Positions 51,990 to 63,690 of a stretch of 64,000 bases of DNA are shown in pieces (within the stretch, counting starts at the first letter, position 1; every line of letters begins with the position of its first letter). A program made the position numbers and the translations under genes. The DNA lies in assembly GCA_965649765.1 (NCBI GenBank), contig OZ287750.1, positions 59,954,001 to 60,018,000 of the forward strand. Reading direction: 5' to 3'. The stretch is from Bispira polyomma (lineage: Eukaryota). The notes beneath the pieces are model-generated. The model worked only from the letters and a program-made list of their open reading frames with translations. It was not told where the DNA came from and did no database searches.

Positions 51990-52520
51990 CAACTGAGTTG
52001 CTACTGGGGTTCTGTTGTACTATGGTTGCGGTTCTGTGATATGCATGATAGAGTATGCCGGGTGGTGGCATGACTGTAAGATCTAGTCAGTTTAACATTG
52101 CAAGTAGCATATTAATTACCTGTAAACTAAATGAATTAACTGTGGGCATAAGGTCCCCCTGTATTATTAAAGTACATATTGTACTCATCTAATTAAAGTT
52201 GCACTTAAAACCTAAGTCAAACTTTAATTTGTTAATCTTCAAAGTCATATTTAAGTTTCAACTTAAATCTAAATTTCTAAATTCAACTTCTTTATTAGTT
52301 AGGGTTACTTAAACTCATTCTGGTTTAACCTAAAGTCCTAAACTCAATTGAGTTAAGGGGACCTTATGCTCACACAAGGTGTATATCATGTCAAAGAACT
52401 GTACATAAATATCTTAGTAATAGTAGCTGTAAATATAAAATAAAATATATTTAACCGCAGTATTGTCTTTCTATGACTTGTTCGGTTAATTCAGTTTCTC
52501 AGGCTACCCCGAGGAACTGG
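51990..52520 (+). mobile_element. Solo 3'-terminal remnant of a related YR retrotransposon
   Basis: Ordered motifs shared with reverse 58260-58775: GGG..TAAGGTC, AAGTACATA.TGTAC, TAAACTCA, GACCTTATGC.CA, AACTGTACATA, TTAACCGCA, AATTCAG..ACCCCGRGGAACTG. Confidence 0.6.
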
Positions 52521-53099
52521 TAGTCAGTCCCAAATAATCTAAAACTATAGAATATAGTTTTGTAATAAGGGAAGATGCACAATAAATGTAAATCACTGTA
52601 ATCCTGGTGACAAATAAACCATTGGACCTGGACGCCACCTATAATGATATTACTAATAACCAGAGAGCACTGTATGTTATACACTGATAACAAACGTGTG
52701 TGCATACGTGATGTCATATACAATTGTTTTTATTCAACGTGACACAACTGAGTCATTAAACACACATCCATACCAATTATTTCCATAAATTTCATAACAC
52801 CAGGTATCCATAGTTGTTGTATAAGCAGCTTTTTGTAATGCAGTACTATAGTTTTAATTCTTTCATTTAATGTTTCTGTCACCCCTGTAGCCATGTTAAA
52901 AGACACGAATTCACACACCAATTTTGGGATACAACAAAACTCCACTCTCTTACATTAAGGTGAACAAAGAATAACATAACTGAAAAGCATACATTTGACT
53001 TGCGACTATAATAATTGTATTTTGGAATTTTAACATGCAATATCGATGTTAAAAAATCCCATACAAATTGATAAAACCAGAAAGTAATAATGAGATTGT

Positions 53100-53260
53100 T
53101 TGTTTAGAAGGGGTCAAACGAGCTTTAGACACACATTTGTCATATCATGATGGGCAGTTCACTGGTGGAGGAAATCAGAACAGGGGTAGTTGGTTCAAGG
53201 ATTTTTCATCTGCAAACGGCCAGTTTTCAGCAAATCTACTGCCGACCTTCCTGCATCATA
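53100..53260 (-). mobile_element. SINE core/tail fragment
   Basis: Same motif order as the 16349 copy (GTTCACTGRTGGAG..AATC, GGTYAAGGAT...CTGCAAAC). Confidence 0.55.
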
Positions 53261-54547
53261 CACATGGTAATAATAATGACTTAATAATACAAACTTACCT
53301 TGTTGGTAGGAGTTCGTAACCAAACCCAGTAGCACTAGCAAAGTCCAGATTATACCACACTGTGACATCGTGTACCAGTTCATTAATTCAACAATTTATG
53401 TCCAGTTTCTCTTAAAATACCAGATGTTCACCTTATTTAGTGGTAAAAGTAATTGTATCCTGTTGTGTTTCTTTGCAGCACAATTTTTTTTAAATTTCTT
53501 AAAAATTTGACATAAACAAGTTTTTTTAATTTTTTCCTTTCTCTGTTAAAGAAAGTTTTACATTAGTAAAAATATATCTGGGTTGTCTTTATTTTAAGAG
53601 TATCTGAGCAGTACAAATCACATCTCCTTCTTTCTCAATTCTATTCCATAAACAACTTTTCACCATTCACTTTGGAACAAGACTCAACTAATTAATAATA
53701 TACCCCCTAAATCGTGTGAGCTCTGGTCATGCCTTTAATTATATCTACCTACAGCCCCCATTCAATAATACCGGCAAGTTTTACTGCCATGTGCAAGTGC
53801 CTTGTCATATAGTTGCACTAATCAATTAAGGGCACCCCCTTTTTTATCAATTACAGTGACTTGGTGAACACTAAAGCCCCCATAGAAAACTCCTTCACAT
53901 TGTGTCAATGCGCGGCTCTACCTCCCGAAGTTGCTCTGATTCTCCTTTGGCTGTGTCTTCTGAAGTAATGGCTTCTGAATTGTGAGTCTTGTTCCTACAC
54001 CCTACACCCCCTCCCCTCTTCATCCCCTCTGCCCTCTTTTTGGCTGTGATTGCTTCATTATGATATCGGAAAAAGCCCCCCTCTCTCCCTCTTCCTGCCA
54101 ACCGCCAGTTTTTTGCTTTTAATCCCAGCTACCCTCCAGCACAGAAAATACACACACACACACACACAGAAGTGAGAGACTGTCAATGTTGCACGTTGAC
54201 CACTTTCAGTGTTTTAATTATTATATTATTAAGACGGAACCCGGAGGGGCAGTTGTAAATGATTTCTTCAAGATTGACACATGCACGTCAACTGGGAAAG
54301 GTAAACATACAGCAAAATTGCGTGGATAATTGTGGACTGAAATTGGTGGCAAATATACATCTTCCAACTTTGCATAAGGAAAGTGTTGTAACTTGAAACC
54401 AAAAATAATATGTACATTAGTGATCATAACAACTAAAATTAGTAGAACTTGTAAACAAAAAATATGCTGAAAAGATAAATGGCAAAATAATGCAACCTTT
54501 TTACGATTATCATAGTAAATTATCAGATTTACCTTTTAGCACAACAA

Positions 54548-54652
54548 TTCTTCAATCGATCAACATTATTGAATTTGGAAATATAATTGAAAACCTTGAA
54601 CTAATTCTCCAATTAACCAACATTATTGAATTTGGTAATATAGTTGAAACCC
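54548..54652. repeat. 57-bp tandem duplication
   Basis: CAACATTATTGAATTTGG.AATATA.TTGAAA.CCTT twice. Confidence 0.85.
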
Positions 54653-57534
54653 TTCACAAAGAACTCTGTAAGGATTAAATTCCCTGACACCTAGAGGGAA
54701 ATATATGGTCCCCAATAAATATATTTTTAATAAAAAATACCTTAGTAACCAGGTATTTCTTGTTGTCCACCTGAGATTGGGTGATAGGGTTGCATTTATA
54801 AACACTGTGCATATAGTAGCGAGGCAATGGTCAAAGCAAGATAGGTGGTAAGTTCATGAAAAACAGTGAGATCATTTTTGTTTTTTTGTTTGTTTTTGTA
54901 CACATTAGTATATGTAAATACAATTTTACAGATAAAAATAATGAATACAAATTTAAAGTCTCAAAAAACATATAAGTGACACGAAGAACTGGTCATAAAA
55001 CATGAAATACAATCCGGTACATATAACAAGGACTAGCCAAGAATTACCCATAAATGTACAAAAGTAATGGTATAACATCCATACATAAAATATAGTCATA
55101 ACTCGGCAAGCAGAAAGAACTTCACTATCAAGCAACCAAAGTCAATCTACCATAAATGTACCACAAATATTGACTACAAAAATTATAACACTATCAGCCA
55201 CAAACTTGGCATAATTGAATTAAATTGCTCAACACATATATTAAATAAAAGTGCTGCTTTGTATGATAATGCCATAGAGGTATGCCAAGAATAGTACGAA
55301 GAAGTCAGGACATGCTTAGACAAGATTGGGAGGGAACCCAGCCAACAGTCTGAAGTAGCCTTAAATCCTTAATCTACCTAAAGTTGACGCCTCTGGATGG
55401 GAAAGGCTGAGGGGAACAGTAGCTGGAATTAACAACCGGTCAACAAAAGTAAGCATGCAAATAGCTAACTACTAATTAAGTGTCTAGTAAGCTGGGGTAA
55501 GCTTGACGTTTACATGTCAATTCAAGTTTAATATGGAGTCCAATTACTAGTTCTGGGATTCACAAGGTAAGCAATATAATTGGTCACAGGAGGTGGACAG
55601 AAGGTGAGAATAGTGCTAGCTACACACTCCAGGGAATAAGGTAGGACACATATTTAGTGTATGGACTACTGGAGTGTGAAATATATATATATATAGCAGA
55701 ATTACATTTTTGTAACAGATTAAAATTTTAAGATATACACAAACAGATTGGTAATAATGGACAGTCTTGTGGAACAGATGTAGCATAATATGAGAAAATG
55801 GTATAGCCGTTTTCAATAACATCTCTTGTTCAACAGGCTGTCTCTTTATCCATTTTTTTTCACAGAAGACTCTTGAATTTAAACCAAAATCTCATTTTAA
55901 TACCTTTTTATATGGCGTTTCTTATGTAGCCCTTGCAAAGTATCACCTCAGGGGAGAAATTAATTTCTACAGGTTTTTTTTAAGTTCAGAGCAAGGGATG
56001 GAAGTGATGGATTAATGAGTAATGAGTGGAGGTAGTGTTTTAATTCTAGCTTCACTCAATCATGCTAATATTCTACCCATGCATCACACCCTTAGCAACA
56101 CCCCTCCCACCTCTAGGGCAGACCTAGGTTATTACTCCTCTACACCCACCCTCCTTCTCCAGGAATAAAGCATGCAAAAATTAGATTCTGCTTCTGGAGC
56201 CATGAAAACACAGTTTATATTTCAAATATTCCAGACATTTCTTCATCGTTACTCTAATTTGTATCAGATACACACACACCACCCTTGTCCCACACTTTTC
56301 TCTCCTCACTTTATTGAATTAACAAAACCTAATCAAGTGGAAAAATCCACAAAGTCTCGGCTGCAAAACTGGAAACGTTTTACCCCCTCTCCTTTGCCCC
56401 ACTGTGTTTCACAATGGCCGACCGACTCTTGGCGGGAATTTGTATTCAGTCGGAGAAATTACTAGTATGAAGAAAATATCTCCACTCAGTGGCTGGCCAG
56501 GAATTAAAGGCATAAAAGTGTGTTGCGGGGTAAATTGGTGCCTCGGGGCTTAGCACACCAGCTCAGCAGCTTTTACTGAAGTAGTTCCTGGAGGGGATAT
56601 AGCTAAGTGGGGAAATGGTCACAAGTCAGCCATGTGACCACTGGATCACAAGGAAAAACACCTCTTTTCTTGATATATTCAACAAGGAGGGGAATTCCTT
56701 AGAGTTAAGGTTCTACTTAAATATTTAGTAGTATATGAAGAATAAATGTATAGTTTTGGGCTTCTAATAGTGACAACAGAACTTGTGTAAAGACAGCAAC
56801 CCATGTTAGTTGTTCTAATTGCTTTGCAATGGTTATATGTAATAGCCGAAACCTTAGACTGTGCTAGATGTAATATATACAAAATACATAGTGATATTAG
56901 ACAGGTTATGGATAAATTTAAGCACAATATTTATAACCAAGAAGACGATGTTTGTACAGGTAATATTAAGGACTTCTTATAGCAGCAGATCTATCACCTG
57001 TTTTGAATTTATTAATGTTCAACTTTAACAGTTATTGTATCATTTTTGAGCTCAATGCTTTTGCCCATTTATGTTCCATACTGTTTATGTTTAATGTTAT
57101 TTATTTATTTTGTTTTGCTCTTCTACTTAAATTTTCTTTTAAATTTTATGTAATGTACCTTTTAATAAATAAACATAAAAAACAACAACATATTAATAGT
57201 GAAAGAACGACTAATAGACTGAATGTTAACTAAGAACGAAATCATAAAATGGTCTGTCAATAATGGAAAGAAATTAGTAGAACTACTACAATATAATAAT
57301 AATAATAATAATACATAAATAAACTTACAATACTGAATGATAGTTGTAAGTACTAGTTTATAGTGAAAAGATATATTGAATGATCTCACTATATGGTCAC
57401 AAGTAAAAATTGTTATGCTTTTGACACAGAAACTTTCATTATCATTTATTGTATATAGGCCCCTGTACCAGTGTATAGATTTCGGTTGAGAAAGAGTTGG
57501 GCAATACAAAATCCAAGATGTAATTTAATTATTT

Positions 57535-57965
57535 TGTTGGCTCTTTACGTAGCTTTCAACATCTTATCTTATATTGCATTGATGGTAGAATTCAATGGTT
57601 GAAGAAACCAGTGCAGAAACACTGTAAACAACTACTCAAACTACCTGACAAACTTTCCCACATAAAGGAACGAATAAGTTACAAACCCACATGTGTGTCC
57701 AAGATATAAATGTATGTATTCTTTTATGTCATCTCAATTATGTAGGTATCACAAACTGAACCACAAAAATATCTTTTGCATTTTGTCATATATTTTTTAA
57801 TGAATTAGGGTCTAGTTTTACTTTAATTACATGTTTTGTGTCAGTTGACTAGTTTGAAGAAATTCGAATAGCAAACCGCTATTGCAAACCACCAGTCTTC
57901 AGCAAGTCTACTGCCAACTTTCCCACATAAACACGAGGCCGAGGTTTGGACCCACGATGGTGGAA
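57535..57965 (-). mobile_element. Two SINE fragments (about 57535-57665 and 57870-57965)
   Basis: ACTTTCCCACATAAA core in both; TTACGT.GCTTTCAAC tail in the first. Confidence 0.5.
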
Positions 57966-58884
57966 GTTTGACGGTTATTTATTGATGGATACTTTATGGG
58001 TCCAATATGTAAAAGAGATCAACTCACAGTAAAGGCCACTTATTTGTTTTCAATTCTTTTCTCTTTGAGGAGAAATTTTGTTAAAAAAAATGTTATTATG
58101 GCTTAATGAAACTTTTTTTTTTAAATCGTCCCCCCCCCACCAAAAAAACAACAAAAAACCCCACAAAAACATCCAAAAAAGAGAAGAAAACCCCCAAACT
58201 AATTGGCACTGGAGAATGAACATATATGTTGTAACCTTCATAATAAATATGTTTGTGTTTTTTCAGTTCCCCGGGGTTGGAACCTGAATTCAATCAACTG
58301 ACAAGCATACTACCTTTGAGTGTAACACAATGAAAAGACTTGCGGTTAAGTTTATTAGTGACTAGCATGTTAATGACTACTTCATATATGTACAGTTTCA
58401 GCTTTTAAATTTTGGGCATAAGGTCAACTTAAGTAACCACTTTTGACTTTAAGGTTACCATAAGATCACCTCAATTTAAGTTCAATTTAGCAATAAGGTC
58501 ACCTTAAGTGTAGGTTATTTCCAAAGGAGGGACACACTAGGGTGGCCATAAATTAAGTTAAGGGCAGCCTGAGGCTACCCTAACTTGAGTTTAGGAAGAG
58601 TGTTAATTTTGAAAGGTATGCAGCAAGGGGATCATATATTGGCCCTAAGTTGAGTTTAAGCATACCCAATATCTTTATTAAAGAAGTACTCTGAATGAGT
58701 ACGTTATGTAATTGAGGTTGGGCTGACCTTAAGGGTACATTATGTACTTGAGGTAGGTTGACCTTAGGCCCCAGCCAGGTAGTGTTTTACACTGCCCAGA
58801 TTTATACTTTATTAAACATTCATTTTATACATGTTATTTCTTTTTCAGCTGACCAGAACTCCAGAACATCAAACCCATGAACGC

Positions 58885-59870
58885 CTAAGAAGTAGTTTGT
58901 AGAGCCTGTCTGAAAGAATCCGCAACTTGGGAGCCTACTTGGGCAGAATCTGTGATATACCTCAAGACACAATCCGACGTCCAGGTGCCATGACGTTGAA
59001 TGTCCTGGACGTTAACATTATTATTAAATGCAAACGTGGCACCTGAACGTCGGAAGGAGTGGAAGGTCAGATTGGCCTCATGACAACCCAGCAGCTGAAG
59101 TACATTTTTCAGGTGCCGCCTGACACGAGTGTCAGTGAGAGGGCCCCAGGAAGAGCCAACCTTGAATTGAAACAGGGGGGCATTTTTACCAGGGGGAGTT
59201 AAAGCAAGTACATTCCTTAAGGCTGTTACAGGACAAAGGGTCGAACTAGAAATAACTGGAAGGGTCAGTAATCTAATACTATTGTTTGTTTGCATTGTTT
59301 TTAACCATTTTATAAGTAAAACTACATAGCCTGGTTTGAACAGGACATCCCCTCGAGCTAAGTGCTTTAAAGGAGAGTAAGTGGCCACAGAGTGTGGAAA
59401 AAGATTAGACAATCTAAGAAAACTGAAAAAGCTGGTTAAATACACTGCCTTAAAGATTTGATCCATGTATGTACAATCACACTTAGCAATTAATGCTTTA
59501 AGTAGAGGGATGTCAAAAATGCTCTTCAGTTTTGCTTGCAAGGGTTTGTTTATTACAAGAGACCGATTGAAGTACGAAATTCTAGGATCTGCAAAGCAGT
59601 CCACATTTACATGATGGAGAATACATTTAGCCTTCACAGCAGACAAGTAATTTACTATTTGAGTAGACGACACAGAGTTATGATTTAGAAATTCCAAAAA
59701 AGACAATAGTTTAAACACATTCACCTGAATAGAGGGCCAAGCCATAAAGGCCCCAAAGGCAATGAAGATCTTGAACATATTGTCGTAAGCTCGAGCTGTG
59801 GAGGCAGCAAAAGCAGAGTGTAACCTCTGGCACGCTCTATTTGCAAGCAGTGAGTCAACAGGATGCAGTC
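58885..59870 (-). CDS. Tyrosine recombinase (phage-integrase fold) of the retrotransposon
   Basis: Open frame; LRLSN (R), KWLKT (K), HSFRRSGAT (HxxR), HGTW.S, RY catalytic Tyr; no ATG before the AFAASTARAY helix. Confidence 0.93.
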
Positions 59871-59907
59871 CTAAAATGTTACAGAGAGACAACACGTAAT
59901 ACAAGTC

Positions 59908-62507
59908 TTAAATAGTCATGTCTATTTCCAACAATTGCTCATCCGCTTGTAGCCAGATGACATCCCCAGCCCGTTGCTTAAGTAAGTGCTCATTATTATT
60001 TGTTTTGTCCTATCGTGAGAGCAGATCTGCTATTTTGTTTTTGATACCCAATATATGTATCACTCGTATTTCGATATCGAAACGGCTAGCCCACATGTAG
60101 ATATTTCGTGTGTACGCAGCCAATGTGGGATCTTGAGTACGGCCCGTTTGTAATACACTGACAACCGCTTGGTTATCACATTTAAACAGTACCTTCTTAC
60201 CCCTCCAGTTCCTCGACCAAAGTTTAAGTGCTACTAGGATATTAATCATTTCGAGCGATGCTATATTATTATCAGTCATATGGCTTGGTACTGTCAACTT
60301 GTACACCTGGTTTCCACAAATACCTCCAATGCCAGTCAAACAGGCATCCAATTCGACCTGGGCATGTGTGGGTTTATGACAAAAGAAGCTAACGCCGTTG
60401 AAGTGACTTACAAACGTGGTGAACCAATTAAGGTCCTGCTTAAATTCTTTTGTTACTTTGAATTTTTCCCGACTATAATTGTCACGTAATAGCTGTAACA
60501 TCCTGTTCAGAAAAATACGTGCATATTTTATGCATTTAGCTACATATAGTAATGAACCCAATAACGATTGCAGTTCTCTCTTTGTGCACGGAGTTTTACT
60601 TTTCCAGCTTTCACATTTCTCTCTAATTTCGGTTAGCTTATCATCCGGAATGGAATTGGTGAAATTTTCTGTATCTACCATGATACCTAAGCACACTACC
60701 CGTGTGCTGGGGGCCACTAATGTTTTGCTACTTACTGTTAAACCGAGTTCAGCTAATAGAGCCTGAAGGCGTTCATAAATGCATCCAATTTTGCTGGGTA
60801 AGTTTACCACCAAAAAATCGTCTATATAGTTGTGTATGTTATAACCCTCTGACGTCATAATAAACCTAACTGTGTCCGACAAGCGTTGGAATATTGTACT
60901 TCCGTTCTGATACCCAAATGGAAGGCATCTGTCGACATAGTAGTTTTTCCACTGAAGACCTAACAAATTAATGTCGCCCGGGTCAATAGGGACGTGGCGA
61001 AAGGCCCTACTGATGTCGACTTTCAATATTTTGCAACTTCTGCCAAGTTGAATAACTTCATTTGTTATATTATCAACCGATGGGTAGGACAAGAGGAATT
61101 CTGTATTTAAGTATGATGTGGCAGATGCCCCTGCATTTACAGATTGACCACGTGGCCAGCTCAAATCAACTATTACCCTTCTGTTAGTGAAACTAGATTT
61201 ATCACGAGTCATCATGGTTGAGCAGTGCAAGTTTTTGATTGGAGGTTTAGTAAAGGGTCCTAGTATGGCCCCAAACTTGCACTCTTCCTCCAGATACGTG
61301 TCCACATGTTCCAGGAATTTATCCGCTGAGCTGTGGTTTATATTGTCGGACTGACTGATATTATTACGTTTCACATCTAAGGGAAATCCATATTTAACTA
61401 AAAGGGGAAGCTGCCAATCCCAGTAGTGTTTAAGGTAAGTCACCCACTTACTAGCATTCAATTGAGAGGACACAGCCAATTGCAGCCCCTTATAGTTATG
61501 CCTATCATCAGCATGCAATTTTTCATGCATTTGAAATATGTTAAGTCCATGGCTGGTATTACCAGTATCCCCTACTTTTTCACCCAGTGTTGTGAGTGGG
61601 ATAAAACCGTAATCTACCTTGTTTTGTTTCTGCCATTCATTATAAGTTTTGTCATTCTGAGCACTGTTTAAAAGTTCTCGCTTGTTTTTTCTTTGCTTCA
61701 ATTGTAAAGTATATTTGTCATTTAACCCATTGTTTTCAATGTGTTCTTTCTGTACAATTACTTTTTGTGCACATTGTGCGACCCTAGTTGTATGACATTG
61801 TTTTACATTTGTGACAACTTCTTGTGTTCTATTCACTTTGCACTCAACGTCCCCCTTGGTGCTAATGAGCCCCCCCCATTGTTCTCCACAATGTCCGTTT
61901 GGTTAAGAGGCCAAAACCTATTTTGGAGGGCGACACCCGAGTTGACACTTTTTGAAGTGTCTTTGTGAGCACTTTGCCTAATTAGTCTCTGCCTGCCCTG
62001 TTGTTCCTTTCCACAAGAATTGGATTTCTTTTGTGTCGTGGGAACAAAAGGGGAAGGGCAGTTGTCCAGAAAGTTAGCACTCGAGTTATTTTTAAAGCTC
62101 TTAGATGCTTGTTTTTGATTCATTGGTTTTCGTTCAAGGGTTGTAAATACCCCCTTTTTGTTACTTGGCAAGTTGACACTCGCTGTATTTTGAAGGCTTT
62201 CAAATGTTTGTTCTTGATTCACAGTTTTTTGTTTATGGGTTGTAAATACACCCCCTTTGTCACTTGACAAGTGCATTTTACATTTTTGACCCGTTTTCCG
62301 ACTTTCTGGCATATTAGGACAGACATCATTACACAAATATTTATTATGTACACCTTTGACAGCCTGGCTGTAAGTACAGCCAGTCTGTCTGCCTCTACTA
62401 TATACAAACATTTTTTCCCTATTTTGTTTATCAAATAACTGCAGCTCCTGGAAGCTAGAGTTATAAAAAATGAGATTATCCACTGAAGTAATGCAGTGGC
62501 CACTCAG
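59908..62507 (-). pseudogene. pol: long N-terminal extension, RT and RNase H; one frameshift (about 61835-61875) and a premature TAG (60010)
   Basis: RVIVDLSWP, KVDISRAFRHVP, LPFG, YIDD, CLGI, LQSLLGSL; RNase H LDAC..GIGG, LEMINI, CDNQAVV, NKIADLLSR*; frame continues to TAA at 59908. Confidence 0.9.
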
Positions 62508-63508
62508 CTTTTTGAAATCTTTTTACTACATGTGCTATTCTTGTGTGTGCCCCCACACCCTTCACAAACGTGTTTAAAGTAGGTGCTACCCGTTTTGTGA
62601 CTTACTGGGTACTTACAGGTTCCCTCCTGGAAGAACTTGCAATTAGCTGTAGTTTCTTTTGAATTCTGACTATTTTTATTGGCACCACGACTACTGTTAT
62701 TTTGCACAGCACTGCTGTTAATTACGTGCCTTTGGACATGCGCCCTTCTCATGCGCCCTTCTCATGTGCCATTTCCATTTGGGTCAAAACTACAGCGTGG
62801 CAAGCTTTTGCTGCCTCCCAGGAGAAATCCTCCGAATCCTCCATTAAATTGGACATGTACTCTAACATAATTTCCTTAATTTCACTACATTTCTCATCCT
62901 GAATAATTCGGGTGAAACCACAGACCCATTGAGCAATAGAAAGGTCATCATATGTGGGTCTTGTCCGAAAATTACCAGTTAAAACATGATTTTGTGGCCA
63001 TTCGACCACCCGTTTGACAATTATGTCAACACCCCCGCCTCTTTGTGATTTCAATTTACCTTGGCTGGGGCTTTCGTTAATTCTCTTAAGTTCAGCTAAA
63101 CGCAATTCAACCTGACTCTGTATCTGAGTGTTGGTACGCAAAAGCTCAACAGAAGGTACAACACTTTCGGGAGTGGCTAACACGTCAGAGTTACCGTTCA
63201 CAGAACTAGTACTGGCATTAACATTAGTCAAATTACTGGCCTGATTTTTGCTGTGATCTCCCGCCAAAGCTGCTTCTGTAGCTTGGATACGCTGATCCAT
63301 CCTTTCCATCATGGCACTCATTGACTGGAGCTGTAGTAATATCTGACTATTTACCCCAATGTCTGTATTCGAAAAGTCCACATTGGATGGATCAGCGTGC
63401 TCAGCGTTGACAGAAGGATCCTTCACCAGCTATTGTAAGTTTGCAGGCAGCACCAACGGGTCTTTCATGTTTCCCAGAGCATTTTGAACAATTAAAAACC
63501 GGAGGCAT
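62504..63508 (-). pseudogene. gag-like ORF1 with N-terminal Cys/His knuckle, coiled coil and C-terminal CCCH/CCHC-like fingers; two frameshifts
   Basis: MPPVFNCSKCSGKHERPVGAAC (ATG 63508); WPQNHVL..RPTYDDLSIAQWVCGF..SWEAAKACHAVVL; CKFFQEGTC..H..HVCEGCGGTH..C; frame breaks at about 63430 and 62755. Confidence 0.8.
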
Positions 63509-63681
63509 CGTAACACACACAGTAGATAAAATGATAAAAGTTTAAAATTCTAAAACCAGAAACAATTGTAAAAATTTAAACATAAAATTCCCAGAAAATT
63601 CCGGCTTCTGTTTCTGTTTAAAAAGTTGTTGTTCTGTGAACGTCTATTGTTTAAAGAGGTGGGAGCATTCGAATGGCTGGT

Positions 63682-63690
63682 CTTTTATAG
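63682..63690 (-). promoter_or_regulatory. Candidate TATA box of the retrotransposon
   Basis: CTATAAAAG about 175 bp upstream of the ORF1 ATG; the remnant has AATATAAGG at a similar position (about 9415-9423). Confidence 0.45.

Noticed and set aside
23345-58293. Numerous 60-145 aa ORFs in the ORF track
   Set aside because: Low-complexity AT-rich translations, many with non-ATG starts, and no recognisable domains or splice context
58885-59904. Prophage integrase or Crypton DNA transposon
   Set aside because: YR is directly downstream of co-oriented RT/RNase H and gag, which fits a DIRS-order retrotransposon
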